DNA of 64,000 nucleotides, taken from positions 40,248,131-40,312,130 of the forward strand of contig NC_068997.1 in the NCBI RefSeq assembly GCF_001194135.2, read 5' to 3'. The notes under the pieces are model-generated. The model saw only the letters and a list, made by a program, of their open reading frames with translations. It had not been told where the DNA came from and did no database searches. The position numbers and the translations under genes were made by a program. Below are positions 34,521-48,125 of this stretch, in pieces (position 1 is the stretch's first letter; each line of letters starts with the position of its first letter). This stretch comes from Octopus bimaculoides (taxonomy: Eukaryota).

Positions 34521-36374
34521 ATTCTAGTTCTTCCCATGAAAAGTATATACGGGTCGAGTCTCTGTGTGGATTTAATTATCAATTTAATTTATGCAGCTAA
34601 CATACATGTTTTAATGAAGAGAGGGTGGTTTATTATAGAAGCGGTAGAGCAAATGTTTAGTGGATTTAGTTAAGTTACTTCATGTTCTTTCAAGGACTGG
34701 ACTGCTGCTGCCAATTATACCCAAACACCCTTAAATTTTTGGCATTGTACTTATACTAGCATTCTGTCTTTAATGAAATAGAATAGAATTGGCTGAATAA
34801 ATAAATTAGCGGTCAGTATTCCTCGTGCGTTTGGCTATGGTTCTTCAAGTTGAACTCTGCCTTTGACTTTTATCTCTGTAGGACGCACCGGAGGCGATGT
34901 GATGCGCTTATAACCTACCACCAAATTATTTTGCCTGCTATTATAGTAAGAAATTAATACTTAGCCAATTACTTTGGTGATCTGCATTCAAAACCTATTT
35001 GGTTGTTATTCTGGTTCCGTAGTTAGTCGAAAGTATATGTTCTAGTCAAGTATTGCGGTCGATACAAACGATTTAATTTTGTGGTCATGTACCAATGTTA
35101 GAAATTATTATTATCCATTAAACAGCGAATACATTGGATTCCAGGAGAAATTAAACTGTAAGCTGTAGTTATTAACCTAAAGACTAATGTCATAACTGGA
35201 TAAGAGCAAAATTTCAGAGTGAAACACCGGGGGGCCTGAGAACTTGACAACATGCAATTAATGTTTCTGTCTTCTTGTGGTTTTTATCCTCTCATACGTT
35301 TAGATTTACCACTTGATGTAAGTGAATTTCGATGTTATTAAAGAGAAAATGACTACTAGCATGATCTAATTCAAAGTTCATTTAATTATTCCATTGAAAT
35401 TCTGTAGCTGTCTCACCACTGTCGTGTGGTCTATCTCTCGTGCCTCACTGCATTAATGCAAGTTAAGAATGCGATATTTTTCAAAGTGATTTAGCCAAGT
35501 ATTTGTTTTAAAATGGATAAAATCAAATACAAAAGAGCATAAATTGAAATACAAAAGGAGAAATAAACAATGTAAACACAGTGTTGAGATAATCGTGGGA
35601 GAAGAGCAAAGAAGAGTCGTTAGCTTCGTGATTTTTGATCGGTGGAATGCTGCGATTGCAGTGAATCCTACGTTTTATAACACGGAAACCAAAAGCTCTT
35701 AACTTGTTTATTACTGGACGATGGTGATACATTTTCTCTCAGGAATCGATAAGCAATTTAATGAAGCAACCTTCAGTATCATTCATAATCGAATAAAACT
35801 ATTGGAATTGAATTTTTTCAAATTGTTTAAACCTTTTCAAATTCATTTTATCTCCACTGGCAACTCGTATATATCTAGACGAAATTAGATTTACGCAGCA
35901 TATAGAAACTTCTCTTGTCGGTAGGTATATGGTTTTGATTTGCTAAATGAATGTGTAAATCTCGATAAAACTTGCAAAACTTCAATCTATAAATACAAAT
36001 CTATAGTTTGGCTGAATTATTCGTAAGATATTTTGCAACTTAACAAACAATTTAGTTTTGAAAAGAATAATATTTATTTATTTATCTTTTTTTGAATTAA
36101 AATTCTAGAGCCTGAATGTTATTAAACCTTTCTTTCAGCACACCCAACACTATGTTTAGTCATCCGTTAGTTATTCTGACATTTTGTTAGTTATTACCAA
36201 ATATAAATGCACGAATCGTAATAGAGCGAGATTTCTAGTTGACTCATAGAACAAGCTTCCCTTGCGAAGCGTCGAGAAAGAGTAGGTAGCAAACGATAGT
36301 CACCGTCTGATATGTATGTGTGTGCCAGTGTATGTACATATATATGTGTGTGTGGTTCTGCGCACACGCGCGTG

Positions 36375-36520
<146 letters not shown>

Positions 36521-36744
36521 TATAATTGTGTGAATGAATCTGTTTCTCAACAGTAGTGACATATCCAAAGCAGCCGAAGGCTTAACCGTTCACCAGAGTT
36601 CAAATCCTACCAAAGGTAACTCTAGCTTTATTATACTACAACTACTACTACTGCTGCTGCTGCTGCAATAGCAGAAGCTACTGAAAGTAATATCATCAAA
36701 TTCAAACGTGCCTTTTATTCCACCTTAGTTATCACAATAGTAGT

Positions 36745-37015
36745 GGAGGCGCAATGGCCCAGTGGTTAGGGCAGCGGACTCGCGGTCATAGGATCGTGGT
36801 TTCGATTCACAGACCGGGCGTTGTGAGTGTTTATTGAGTAAGAACAGCTAAAGCTCCACGAGGCTTCGGCAGGGGATGGTGGTGAACCTTGCTGTGCTCT
36901 TTCATCACAACTTACTCTCACTCTTACTTCCTATTTCTGTTGTGCCTGTAATTCAAAGGGTCGGCCTTGTCACACTCTGTCACGCTGAATATCTCCGAGA
37001 ACTACGTTAAGGGTA

Positions 37016-37054
<39 letters not shown>

Positions 37055-37153
37055 AGTGCTCAGCCGCTTGCACGTCAATTTCACGAGCAGGCTGTTCCGT
37101 TGATCGAATTAACTGGAACCCACGACGTCGTTAGCGACGGAGTGCCAACAACA
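36745..37153 (+). mobile_element. Full-length tRNA-derived SINE, family D, with 14-bp TSD
   Basis: A-box TGGCCCAGTGG, B-box GGTTTCGATTC, internal (TG)n, CAA tail; ATCACAATAGTAGT at 36731-36744 and 37154-37167. Confidence 0.9.
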
Positions 37154-37271
37154 ATCACAATAGTAGTTATGTACCAGTAATATACTGCGAAGTTTCAGTC
37201 TGTCTACATCGATGAAAGCTTTTAATGTTTGAGGACTAAAAATATTTTTTGCCCTCGCTTTATAGTTGCTT

Positions 37272-37570
37272 CAGACGAAATGCCGCTAAGCATTCTGTCT
37301 GGCGTGCTAACGACCAGCTCGCCGCTTAACAACAATAAAAATATTCTTTTCTACTCTAGCCACAAGGCTCGAAATTTTTGGGAAGAGAGCCAGTCGATTA
37401 GATCGACCCCAGTATGCAACTAGTACTTAATTTATCGACCCTGAAAGGATGAAAGGCAAAGTCACCCTCGGTGGAATTTGAATTCAAAGCATACAGACAG
37501 ACGAAATGCCGCTAAGCATTCTGTCCAGCGTCCTAACGGTTCTTCCAGCTCGCCGCTAAACAACAATAGA
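37272..37570 (-). mobile_element. SINE family A plus a duplicated head and flank
   Basis: 37272-37337 repeats 37498-37569, including the flank AACAACAATA. Confidence 0.75.
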
Positions 37571-38069
37571 TATATTAACACAGAAATCATAGTAAAAATT
37601 AAAAACTAAATCTTAGCCAACAAGAAGATTTCTACGTGCTCGCTCACTCTGCGAGATATAGCANNNNNNNNNNNNNNNNNNNNNNNNNNNNNNNNNNNNN
37701 NNNNNNNNNNNNNNNNNNNNNNNNNNNNNNNNNNNNNNNNNNNNNNNNNNNNNNNNNNNNNNNNNNNNNNNNNNNNNNNNNNNNNNNNNNNNNNNNNNNN
37801 NNNNNNNNNNNNNNNNNNNNNNNNNNNNNNNNNNNNNNNNNNNNNNNNNNNNNNNNNNNNNNNNNNNNNNNNNNNNNNNNNNNNNNNNNNNNNNNNNNNN
37901 NNNNNNNNNNNNNNNNNNNNNNNNNNNNNNNNNNNNNNNNNNNNNNNNNNNNNNNNNNNNNNNNNNNNNNNNNNNNNNNNNNNNNNNNNNNNNNNNNNNN
38001 NNNNNNNNNNNNNNNNNNNNNNNNNNNNNNNNNNNNNNNNNNNNNNNNNNNNNNNNNNNNNNNNNNNNN

Positions 38070-38128
<59 letters not shown>

Positions 38129-38502
38129 GTTACACAGCGAAATCTATATTACCTATATATTTCACATTAATGGCAAACATATGGAAACTACACAGCATGT
38201 TATAGAATATTGACGGAACCGAGAGATAAATGTAGCAAATGGCAGGATTTAAATAAAATTTTCAAATATTTAGATTAACTCGTATCCTTTTCTTTTCATT
38301 TTTTCCGTAGGGAAATCGTAAACTTCTTTTTAGTGAAATATTCCGATTTCTGAATCCTTATTGTACCAAGATAAGATCTATTGATTACATCTCAGCTATG
38401 CATTAAGAAACAGATATGTTTCTAATTCTAGACATATATGAAAGTGAGAGTGGGTTAGTATGAATATCTGTTTCTATGGGAATATATATGATTTTGATAG
38501 GT

Positions 38503-38960
38503 CAGTGTTGTTCAGCCATACACGGCACGCCTGCGACAACCTAATAACATTATTTTGTCGTGGCTCCTCATTCCTGAGACATTGCTGGAGCGTTTGTAAT
38601 CTCACTTGACCGAAATCGTGACTTTCTAGGTTTCCATTCGATAAAATGATTAATTTCCTTTCTCCATGGCTACTAGGAGCAACGGCGTTTTATAATGTTT
38701 TCATTTTTCGCAAAGTACATCCAACGTTTTCATCTATTGAGATTTCACCAATATCTTTCCTATGGGTTTTACAATTCTTTTCGTCTTTTATAAGTTTTCG
38801 TATATTACAGAATGTTTCTTCATATCAGAGGCAAAAATACAGCTTTCGCAGAAAATAAAGAACTCCAAATCGTTTTCAAGAGTTTGTGTTGCAAATACAG
38901 ATTTATTCGACGGCCTTCCAGGAAATTATTTTGTGTTCAAATCCTGGATTCTTGAAAAAG
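38503..38960 (-). mobile_element. Possible hAT transposon end with transposase C-terminal relic
   Basis: CAGTGTTGTTCAGCC resembles a hAT TIR; weak CE..F.S.MKK and DEN...TLR similarity to the hAT dimerisation region. Confidence 0.35.
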
Positions 38961-40189
38961 TAATAGGATAATATTTCTAACAACGGAAAATGTTATATGA
39001 AATTTTATGTCATTTTTGCACTCCTATGTTTATAAATGTCTGTTATCAGTGAAACACATTTATTTTTTTTCTGTTATTGTAGTTGCTTAGTATTAGATAT
39101 ATCTTAATGAAGCAGGCCTCTGTTTAAAGGCGCTCCACTCATGACCAATACGTATTCATGCGTATTTAAAGCTACATTATCTAATGTCTTCTTAGTATTT
39201 AAGGTAATAAATAGGATGGGATTTAAGGGAAATTCGGCTGCTATTTCCAGGAAGTCAAGCGACCGTGTCGAGTCTCGAACGTAGACTTCTGTAAGTTTTA
39301 GTAGAGATAAGCAGTGAATACCTAGTTTCATAATATATGNNNNNNNNNNAATGACAAAAGTTTCCTCTGAGCGCAAAATTATATATGCGTATGCGTATGT
39401 GTAAGTGAATGCATCTATATATGTGTGTGTGTGTGTGTGTGTGTATATAAATAGTGGGATACTAACACAATAGTACACCAAACTTGGTGGTGTAGGGAGA
39501 TGGTCATGTAGTATTCCACTAAATTTAAGTTGTGTAACAGCATTCTGTCATAAAAGGAAGATTAGACTCCGTACAATAATAAATTGAATTTATTCGGGAT
39601 AGATGATAACAAACACAGGTTTTCATACAATGTAAGAAATCAAATATTAACATGTCGTGGATCCTTTTTGAATAACAAGTAAACTCTAACTAGTCGTGAG
39701 ACAAAATTGGAAGGGTATCAGAAACTCGTGTGCGGCTTAGACGGAAAACATATTCAGTTCATAGCTTGGACTTATTGTTACAAGTTCATAGCAGGTGTCA
39801 TCGCAATTGGTAGCATAACAAGCTAATGTCAAAAATCGCCATGATAACGCAGGATATAATGACAGTTGTTGAATATCGTCGTCAAAACGACGGTGGTCTG
39901 AAATCTGCTAGGCAAACGTCATTAGAACGACGGCACCCGAATATGGTCTATGGCCTGAGGCAAAAGAGGCCGGACAGTTGAATTAAGCTGCTATTTATAT
40001 CTTCTGTGGCCTGGTGCTTGATTTTGGTGTAGGGTCACGATTGGCTAATTGTACTTGACCAACCAACTCATCCAATTACCACGTCACGTGATAGTTGAAT
40101 GAGAAGGCTTTGTATAATCTAATTGAAGACATTTGGTATTAAACAACTGAGGCCTAACATCACACACAGGCTTCTGGTAACCGCTTCTG

Positions 40190-40248
<59 letters not shown>

Positions 40249-40434
40249 NNNNNNNNNNNNNNNNNNNNNNNNNNNNNNNNNNNNNNNNNNNNNNNNNNNN
40301 NNNNNNNNNNNNNNNNNNNNNNNNNNNNNNNNNNNNNNNNNNNNNNNNNNNNNNNNNNNNNNNNNNNNNNNNNNNNNNNNNNNNNNNNNNNNNNNNNNNN
40401 NNNNNNNNNNNNNNNNNNNNNNNNNNNNNNNNNN

Positions 40435-40467
<33 letters not shown>

Positions 40468-40550
40468 CATGTGGTCTGTTTTTGTCGCAAAACAAAACCA
40501 GTTGCACTGTCAGAGTTTAACGTGACTGTTATGAATTATTACTCGGTAGG

Positions 40551-40605
40551 CTACACTGATGAGGCTCAGTGTTTAAATACCCAAAAGCCGAAACCTTGTT
40601 TGTGG
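40551..40605 (+). ncRNA. Minimal type I hammerhead ribozyme
   Basis: CTACA-CTGATGA-GGCT(19 nt)AGCC-GAAA-C(CTT)G-TT-TGTGG: stem I CTACA/TGTGG, stem II 4 bp, GUU triplet. Confidence 0.7.
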
Positions 40606-40943
40606 ATATCCCTAATTGCATATTTTTATTTTGTGCTGTTAAATGTTTTAATTCTTTCTGTTTTCCTCGCATACTGTTTTTCTCTGTTATCTTGGTGCGC
40701 TACGGTGAATTAATTTAAGACCTTAGGTCTTATTTCTAGCAGGTAGATGCTTGTTAAGCATCGTTACGCTTCGTGCAAATTTATAATTCATAGCTATTTA
40801 ATGCTATTGCGCTTGCGATCCACCTACGTCACTGCTGACGATATCATCAGTTTTAAAATTTATCCAGAGATAATATGAACAGTAGTGACATCTGATCTCA
40901 AATCTCAGTGTTTGAATGTTTTGCTTATATATATATATATCAA

Positions 40944-41588
40944 CAACTTGTTTTAAATCTCTGAATGAGAGACATACAGTAACAGTACCAAACAGAAATG
41001 TTTATATGCCAACAGAATGTAGCAGTCCTATAAAGGTCGATGTTACTGTTGTTATAGACCCAAGAAAACATCTTTTCCAGCTGGCTATCGACACACAGTT
41101 TGTGTCCGTATAGCATTCACAAGGGAGGTCATCGCTCCCATCTCTAGATTTACGTGATAGTCACAGACCCAAATTTCTAGGTGATTATCTGTCCTCATTG
41201 GGAGATAATCCACATTCTATTGGCATATAAACTTTACTATTCGGTACCGTTACTGTATATCTCTCACTGAGAAATTTAAAACAAGTTGCTTTTCTCCATA
41301 CGAGATCAGCGACTGTGCGTCGCTTAAAGAATATATAGCATTTGCGAGTGGAGAAAGCTTTTGTCACTAGCCTGTGATTATCTCACAATGAGGACAGGTA
41401 TCCACCTAGAAATCCGGGTCATTGAGTATGACGTAAGGCTAGAGATGGGAATGATGACCTCTCTTGCGAATGCTATACGGACACATACTGTGTGTCGATA
41501 GGCAGCTGGAAAAAATGTTTTCCTGGGGCTATAGCAACAGTAACATCGTCCTTTATAAGACTGTCACATTCTGTTGGCATATAAACAT
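40944..41588. mobile_element. MITE-like element with 77-bp TIRs plus an adjacent inverted partial copy
   Basis: IR 40944-41020/41212-41288; second IR 40998-41211/41375-41588. Confidence 0.7.
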
Positions 41589-42142
41589 GATTATATATAT
41601 ATATATATATATATGTATACTTGTTATTATGAGAATATAGATACTTTTTGAAGAGATGCGTGCATCCAAGTTTCACCGATGAACGCTATGTATCGGTGAT
41701 ATACTAAAAGGATGTCAGTTTTTCATCGATGCTAATTAGTATATAAAGAAATATAATTAAAACAAAATTTTTAAAAAAGTGAAATAAGGTATAAATTAAT
41801 TGGTTAACTGATATAAGTTTTGAAGATATTAATGCATTTCTCGAATATTGTCCTATTGTATTTGTCTTCTTATAATAAATAAAAAATATATTCAACACAA
41901 ATTTTGATGATGTGGTATGCAACTACTATATTATAGTATGTAAATTGAATCCATCACAGTCACGTGATACACAATAAACAATGACCAGGTTTAATAATAA
42001 AAGCTATACTAATTAAAATATTAGTGATTGACTATTAACACCAGCAATTATGAGTAGGTAACTTCGAAAATAATGTTTAATTAACTAATATGAATTATAC
42101 TAGCATTTGTACTCTCACAACCAATAATAGAAATTTATGAAA

Positions 42143-42218
42143 GAAATGGTTTTACTTAACTGTACCGAAATGGTTTTACTTAACTGTACCGAAATGGTTT
42201 TACTTAACTGTACCGAAA
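42143..42218. repeat. Perfect 24-bp tandem repeat x3 (GAAATGGTTTTACTTAACTGTACC)
   Basis: Units at 42143, 42167 and 42191. Confidence 0.95.
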
Positions 42219-42318
42219 GTAGTATATGTGCAAATCTAATGGTTCCTTTGTTTTTCAAATATATTTACACGCACACAAATAAATGAATGTTGATATACTG
42301 AGTCTAGCAATGATATAA

Positions 42319-42527
42319 ATGCCAGCAAGATGGCAGAATCGTTAGCATGCCAGGCAAAATGCTTTGTCCGTTTTCACGTTTTCAGTTCAAATTCCGCTGC
42401 GGTCGACTTTGCCTTTCATTCTTTCGGGGTCGATAGAATAAGTGTCAGTTGAGTACTGGGCTCGATGTCATCAACTTATCCACTTTCCGAAATTGCTGGT
42501 TTTGAGTCAAAATTTAGAACCAATATT
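42319..42527 (+). mobile_element. SINE family A
   Basis: TGGCAGAATCGTTAGCATGCC head, GTCGACTTTGCCTTTCATTCTTTCGGGGTCG body. Confidence 0.85.
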
Positions 42528-44418
42528 CATTATCTCAGTTTCATATGATTGAGAAACTCCTATTTGCTCGTTGATGTAAGTTTGAAAATAGCTTTGAAGA
42601 TAATAAACATAAAGAAAGTTAGCTTGAAATAATTATGCTGGGAAATATACATAGGCGTAGTTTATAAATTCCCCCAACGCAAAACAATATAAGCATCAGT
42701 ATATTTTTAAGGACGGGAATATTAAAAACTGACTAGAAATAATTTTGTGCTGAGGAATATATAATTAGTCATTGACTAATATTGTTTTTATTATTTCGAG
42801 AATTACGAAAGGCAACTTCGGACATATTTCGATCATTTATCCTCATGAATGAAGTATATATCAACGAAATCACAGAAAAAAGTACAGGAAGTCCTATTCA
42901 TGAAGGAAACTTGAATTGTTTAAAGAGCGAATTACTTAGAGACGCCATCCACATGAGATGGTGCAGTCAAAGTGAAACAATGTTGAAATCTCCCACACAA
43001 AAGTAAGGGAGACCAATCTGTTGATCCTACCACACAAAATAATGAAAAAAAATATGACCTCAAGATTTCTTCATAACTTCAGTGCTTTCAGGGAGCTGAA
43101 GTGGAATTCCAGTTGAAGCAGTGAAATCAGTCTTACTTGTATAAAGTAACATTAATTGAATATATCTTAGAGAGCAAAAATAATACGATAAAAACAATTT
43201 TCAGCGGGCAAGTGACTGCCTCACACATAAGTATATATAGACACGCACACACACACATACTTATAAAACAAACATGTACAGACATACACCAAATGCATAT
43301 ATACACACTTCAAACACCCTACTATTCAGTTATGCACGGTGGTGATTTATCGAATTTAGTAGAGTTATTACGCAAGATGACAAGGATTTAGAGGATGGAG
43401 TAAGGAGAATGTGTAAGCATTCATTGAGAGTAAAGTACTAAATCATTCGAAATTATGTCAGAAAGGTAAAGGCTTGCCTAAATATTTTGTATTTACGGTC
43501 TAGTTTACCTATTTGTTTTGTTATCTTTATTCGCATTCTTATGGATAACGTTTGGTGTTATTTAAAAAAAAAAAAAACTTTAACCGGTATATATCTGAGC
43601 CAATGATTTAAATAGAACGAAAGCAAAAAACAAATTAGTTCACAAGAGGTTACATAAGCGGCGACGTATATCAAGAAACACCGACGGCTAAGCAATTTTC
43701 CTGAAATAAGGGTATCTAAGGGAAAGGTAATAGAAATTAGGTAACTAGTACAGACAGAATTGCAAAAAACGTTTTTCTTTTGTTATTGGAGATTTTAACT
43801 GCGATAAAACTGATCGTCTGTCAAACGACCAGATTTTTACCGTTCTATAGCAATAAACGTTCTGAAAAAAACCTATTAATAAGGTTTATTATTATTGCAC
43901 GAACAAAAATGCGGTCAACCAAGAATAATGATAAGAAAATGTGCGCAGTGTACCACCACAGTCATATCCATTCATAGATACATAGCATTCATAGCTACAC
44001 GCCTACATGGACACATACACTGGCCATCAGAGAAGCACAGAGACATCTACCTTCCAAGCTACCTACCTACACCCATATTCGCAAAAAGACAGGCACAATT
44101 CCAAACGTTAACATATTGATAAATATTGCAACACACAAATGCGTGTAAGTGAAATATATTCACACACACACATATGACTCTGTGTGTGTGTATATGTATT
44201 TGTATGTGTGCATATATATATATATATANNNNNNNNNNNNNNNNNNNNNNNNNNNNNNNNNNNNNNNNNNNNNNNNNNNNNNNNNNNNNNNNNNNNNNNN
44301 NNNNNNNNNNNNNNNNNNNNNNNNNNNNNNNNNNNNNNNNNNNNNNNNNNNNNNNNNNNNNNNNNNNNNNNNNNNNNNNNNNNNNNNNNNNNNNNNNNNN
44401 NNNNNNNNNNNNNNNNNN

Positions 44419-44473
<55 letters not shown>

Positions 44474-45258
44474 GCGATTATGTGCTATAGAGTAAATCTA
44501 TAGATTTTTTTAGCCAGCGCAGTGGATATAGACTGTGGTAAACACCACATTACTGCGCATAATATCTTCGACAACAAAATTGAAAGCTCAGCCGAACTAG
44601 TTTCAATCCTTCGTTGGAATTTCTTCACTCCCCTCTTCAATTGTACACAGACTCATTGCATATAAACTTAGATTACCTTCGGTAATCCACTAGTAATTTT
44701 TAAATCGAATTTACCGCCATCATCACATTTTAATATGAAAAACAGTCTGTCCGATTTTCTTACATCCATAGTAAAAATGGATTTATAAGCAATGAATCAC
44801 TGGATAACAAAAAATGTACGCAGTCGTTGGTCAGATACCAACTAGTACTGGTGATTCTTTTTTACTTCTGGAAAAGTAAATGTTATATAGAGTGACAAGG
44901 TGTATAAATGTATCGATCACATGACGCTTTTATTCTTTCGGGGCTGATGAAATAAGTACCGATCAAACAATGGGGTTGTTGTAATCCCGACTAACCATCC
45001 CACTTAAATCTTCAGGACTTGTGCCTCCAGTAGAAAAGATTATTGATAAATAAAGATTAGGAAACGACAAGATTGTAACAATGGAATTGGTGGTCCTAAA
45101 TGTGTAGCTAACAAATATTGGTCACATATTCCAACTACAAATATTCCTTAAACATTCTACCGAACAAATATCGCAGTTCGAAAAAGCATATGCCTTTCTC
45201 AACCTCACCAGCATAAAGAACTGAACATGTCTGTAAAGTGATCTCCATGCTTTGTTGT

Positions 45259-45289
<31 letters not shown>

Positions 45290-45434
45290 TTCCTTTATAA
45301 CAAGTTAAATGAAACGAACCAACTGGCCTGGGATCGAAATCTGATTGTGGAATTGGCTCTCATGAGCATACATTTATCCAACGCTTCCTACTAGAAATCT
45401 TTTGTATCTGCTGACTATAATTATTAGATATATT

Positions 45435-45630
45435 GGTGGCAGTATCAGTAGAGCGCCAAACGAAATAATTTGCTATACAAAGTAACGCCTATTAATATTC
45501 TGAGTTCAAAATTTGCCCAGATCAACTCTACTTTCATTCTCTCGGGGGTCGATAAAAGAGAGTATAAGACAAACACTGAGGCTAATTTTATCGAGTTTCC
45601 TGGCCTTGTGCCAGTGTTAGAAATTATTAT
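45435..45630 (+). mobile_element. SINE family A, degenerate
   Basis: TTCTGAGTTCAAAA, CTCGGGGGTCGATAAAA. Confidence 0.6.
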
Positions 45631-46689
45631 TTGAAGAGTGTGAATTACTACCACACAATCCGGTACATGTTGTACACAGAGCGGGGAAGACGGTAAATTC
45701 GATTGTATTAACACATCTAAGAATTTATTGATAATTGACAACATATTCATTAGAATTCTGTACAGAGCCTTGCAGTTGAGATAAGAAAAGCATATTAGTT
45801 TTCCCTCCTGGTTTAAGATGAATTAATAATAAGGTTTAATTATTTCGTACATATATTTACATACGAAGTTTCTGATGCTTTTGGAAAATACAAATTTAAT
45901 ATATATATATTCTATGCTTTATTTCTGTAAACATTGCTGAAACCTCATATTCATGCTAACTATCATAAATTGTTGAGTATTTGCATTCATACTGGAACTC
46001 TTTGAATTTCATGTATATTTTCTCTCGATTCCTGTTGTATTCGTTTACAAAGCATACCTCTTGCTGTTAAAATATCATTTATTAAACAGTAAATAATTGT
46101 TTATTTCCCAGACAGATGCCTCTTTCTTGTTTGATTTTCTTTGTTGTGCAGATGTTCTGCTTGATCACTGGAACTTATCCACTTCAATAACATGACAGAA
46201 TCGATCACAGCGTTAATTCAGTGCCGAATTGGATCACAAGTCAATTTACGTATTTACGTATCCATCAATACATTACTGCACTAATCAATAAATTGCCGAA
46301 CTACCAATAAATTAGTTCAAAGAAACTATGTTCTATAGAATACGATCTTTATTGCAGTTAGAAGACAAACATTTACTTATAGCAGTAAGAAGACAAACAT
46401 TTGTTCATATGAACAATTTGGTTGTAAACGCCTTCAGATAATGATTGCTGCTTGTTGCAGCGAATGATATCATATGAAGTAAGACGCTTTATTGTTGGTG
46501 ACTTGCTGCTGTTCATATCCATTGTGTGTGTTAGGTCACCATTAATGTTCAAACATCAGTTTTCTACTTAAATCTCTTTGTAACTCTGCTTTTAAAACGC
46601 TCAGTTGAAAATTATGTATATTTTGTAAATATTTAGAGTTCAAAGTTAGGAACTGATCAGCATTCTATATTTCTCTCCGTCTAAGGAAA

Positions 46690-46878
46690 ACGCCGTTAAA
46701 ACGCCGGGTAAAATGCTAAGCGGCATTTTGCCCGTCTTTACGTTCCGAGTTCGAATTTCACCAAGGTAGATTGTCATCCTTTCGGGGTCGATAAAATAAG
46801 TACCAGCTGAACACCGGAGACGATGTAATCGACTCACCGAAATTGCTAGCCTTGTGCTAACATTTGAAACCAATATTA
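46690..46878 (+). mobile_element. SINE family A, 5'-truncated
   Basis: AAAATGCTAAGCGGCATTT..CATCCTTTCGGGGTCGATAAAATAAGTACC. Confidence 0.8.
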
Positions 46879-47461
46879 CGGTCCAGTCAATTTCATCACA
46901 CATTTTGGGGGGAAGCTGGATGTCCTGTGACGTCCATAATTAGAATTAGAGGCAAAGCTTGCTCTCCAAACACCCAGAAGTTGCAAAAATTTAGAGCTAA
47001 AAATTATTGTGTATTTGTAAACATGCTGACCATGTATTCATATTTTGGAAAGAATATCCTGGTTGTAACACTGGTTGTAACAATACTCAAAACTTTTAGG
47101 TCTCTAAATACAGCAACCAGCAATCTGGTGGTGTCACATTGGGCCACACATCTGAAAGAGAGGCGAGCAATGAAAATAATTAGTTTGCAAGAATATCATT
47201 TTAGTTTGAAATTGTTTGAAATCACGTGGCAATTCTAATGTAAATGTGATTTTTTTTTATCTCTGCTGCCTTGCTGTGACACTACTTTACAGGGTGTTAC
47301 TCGATCGTATTAATCGCAGTACTTATTTCAATCTGGTCTTCTTTTATCAGTTACTTGAACAGCTAGGTAATTTATGGCATAAAGGGACATACCTCTGCAC
47401 ATTTCTGTTACATCGGTATGCACAAACATATATACACACACGCTCACAAACAACTACTACT

Positions 47462-48125
47462 CCCAGCGCCTGTTCTGGCTCTGTCAATCTATATATCACT
47501 GACTGGGAGATGAGTCGCTGCTGTCTTTAGCGGTCGAGTGTCAAGACAAAACGAGATCGAAATCACGTAGTATGGTGGTTTCGGCGATGGAGGTAACGGG
47601 GATTCACCCCGCTCCCTGTTAACCATATAAACAAGAGTGCATTTTGCACCAAAAGCCAACTTGAGAGTTTCTCTCATGATATCTACCACAGTAAAGTTTG
47701 TTCTGACAGAACATCCATGTTTAAGTGGGGATAGATATTATCTCTTAGTATTAATACTACCTCTATCACTAATATAGATTTTTTAACAAGCTCAATGGCT
47801 AATCGTGACGCCAGCACCTGTTCTGACACTGTTATTCTATATATCGTTGATGGAGAGATGAGCCGCTGTTATTTCTAGCAGTCAAGCATCCATCATTGAC
47901 AAGACCAAAGAAGGTCAAAATCATGTGATCTGGAGGTGGCAGAGATTTATTTCCCCTCTAGCGATATAAACTAGAGTACATTTTGCACCAAAAGCCAGTG
48001 TGAGAGTTTTCTTCATATCATCTGCTGTAGGATAGCTTGTTCTAACAGAACATCCATGTTTAAGTGGGAATAAATATTACCTCTTGGTATCAATACTGTG
48101 TCTGTCGCTAATATATATTTTATAA
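47462..48125 (+). repeat. Two diverged tandem copies of repeat family C (period about 350 bp)
   Basis: Shared CCAGC.CCTGTTCTG, CTATATATC, CATTTTGCACCAAAAGCCA and ACAGAACATCCATGTTTAAGTGGG blocks. Confidence 0.8.

Noticed and set aside
36745-36825. tRNA gene (also 6401-6467 and the family A and B heads)
   Set aside because: No clean cloverleaf or acceptor stem and no poly-T terminator; each runs into a SINE body.
46140-46260. Host exon after a pyrimidine-rich acceptor (TTTTCTTTGTTGTGCAG)
   Set aside because: All three frames stop within about 50 bp and no homology is recognisable.
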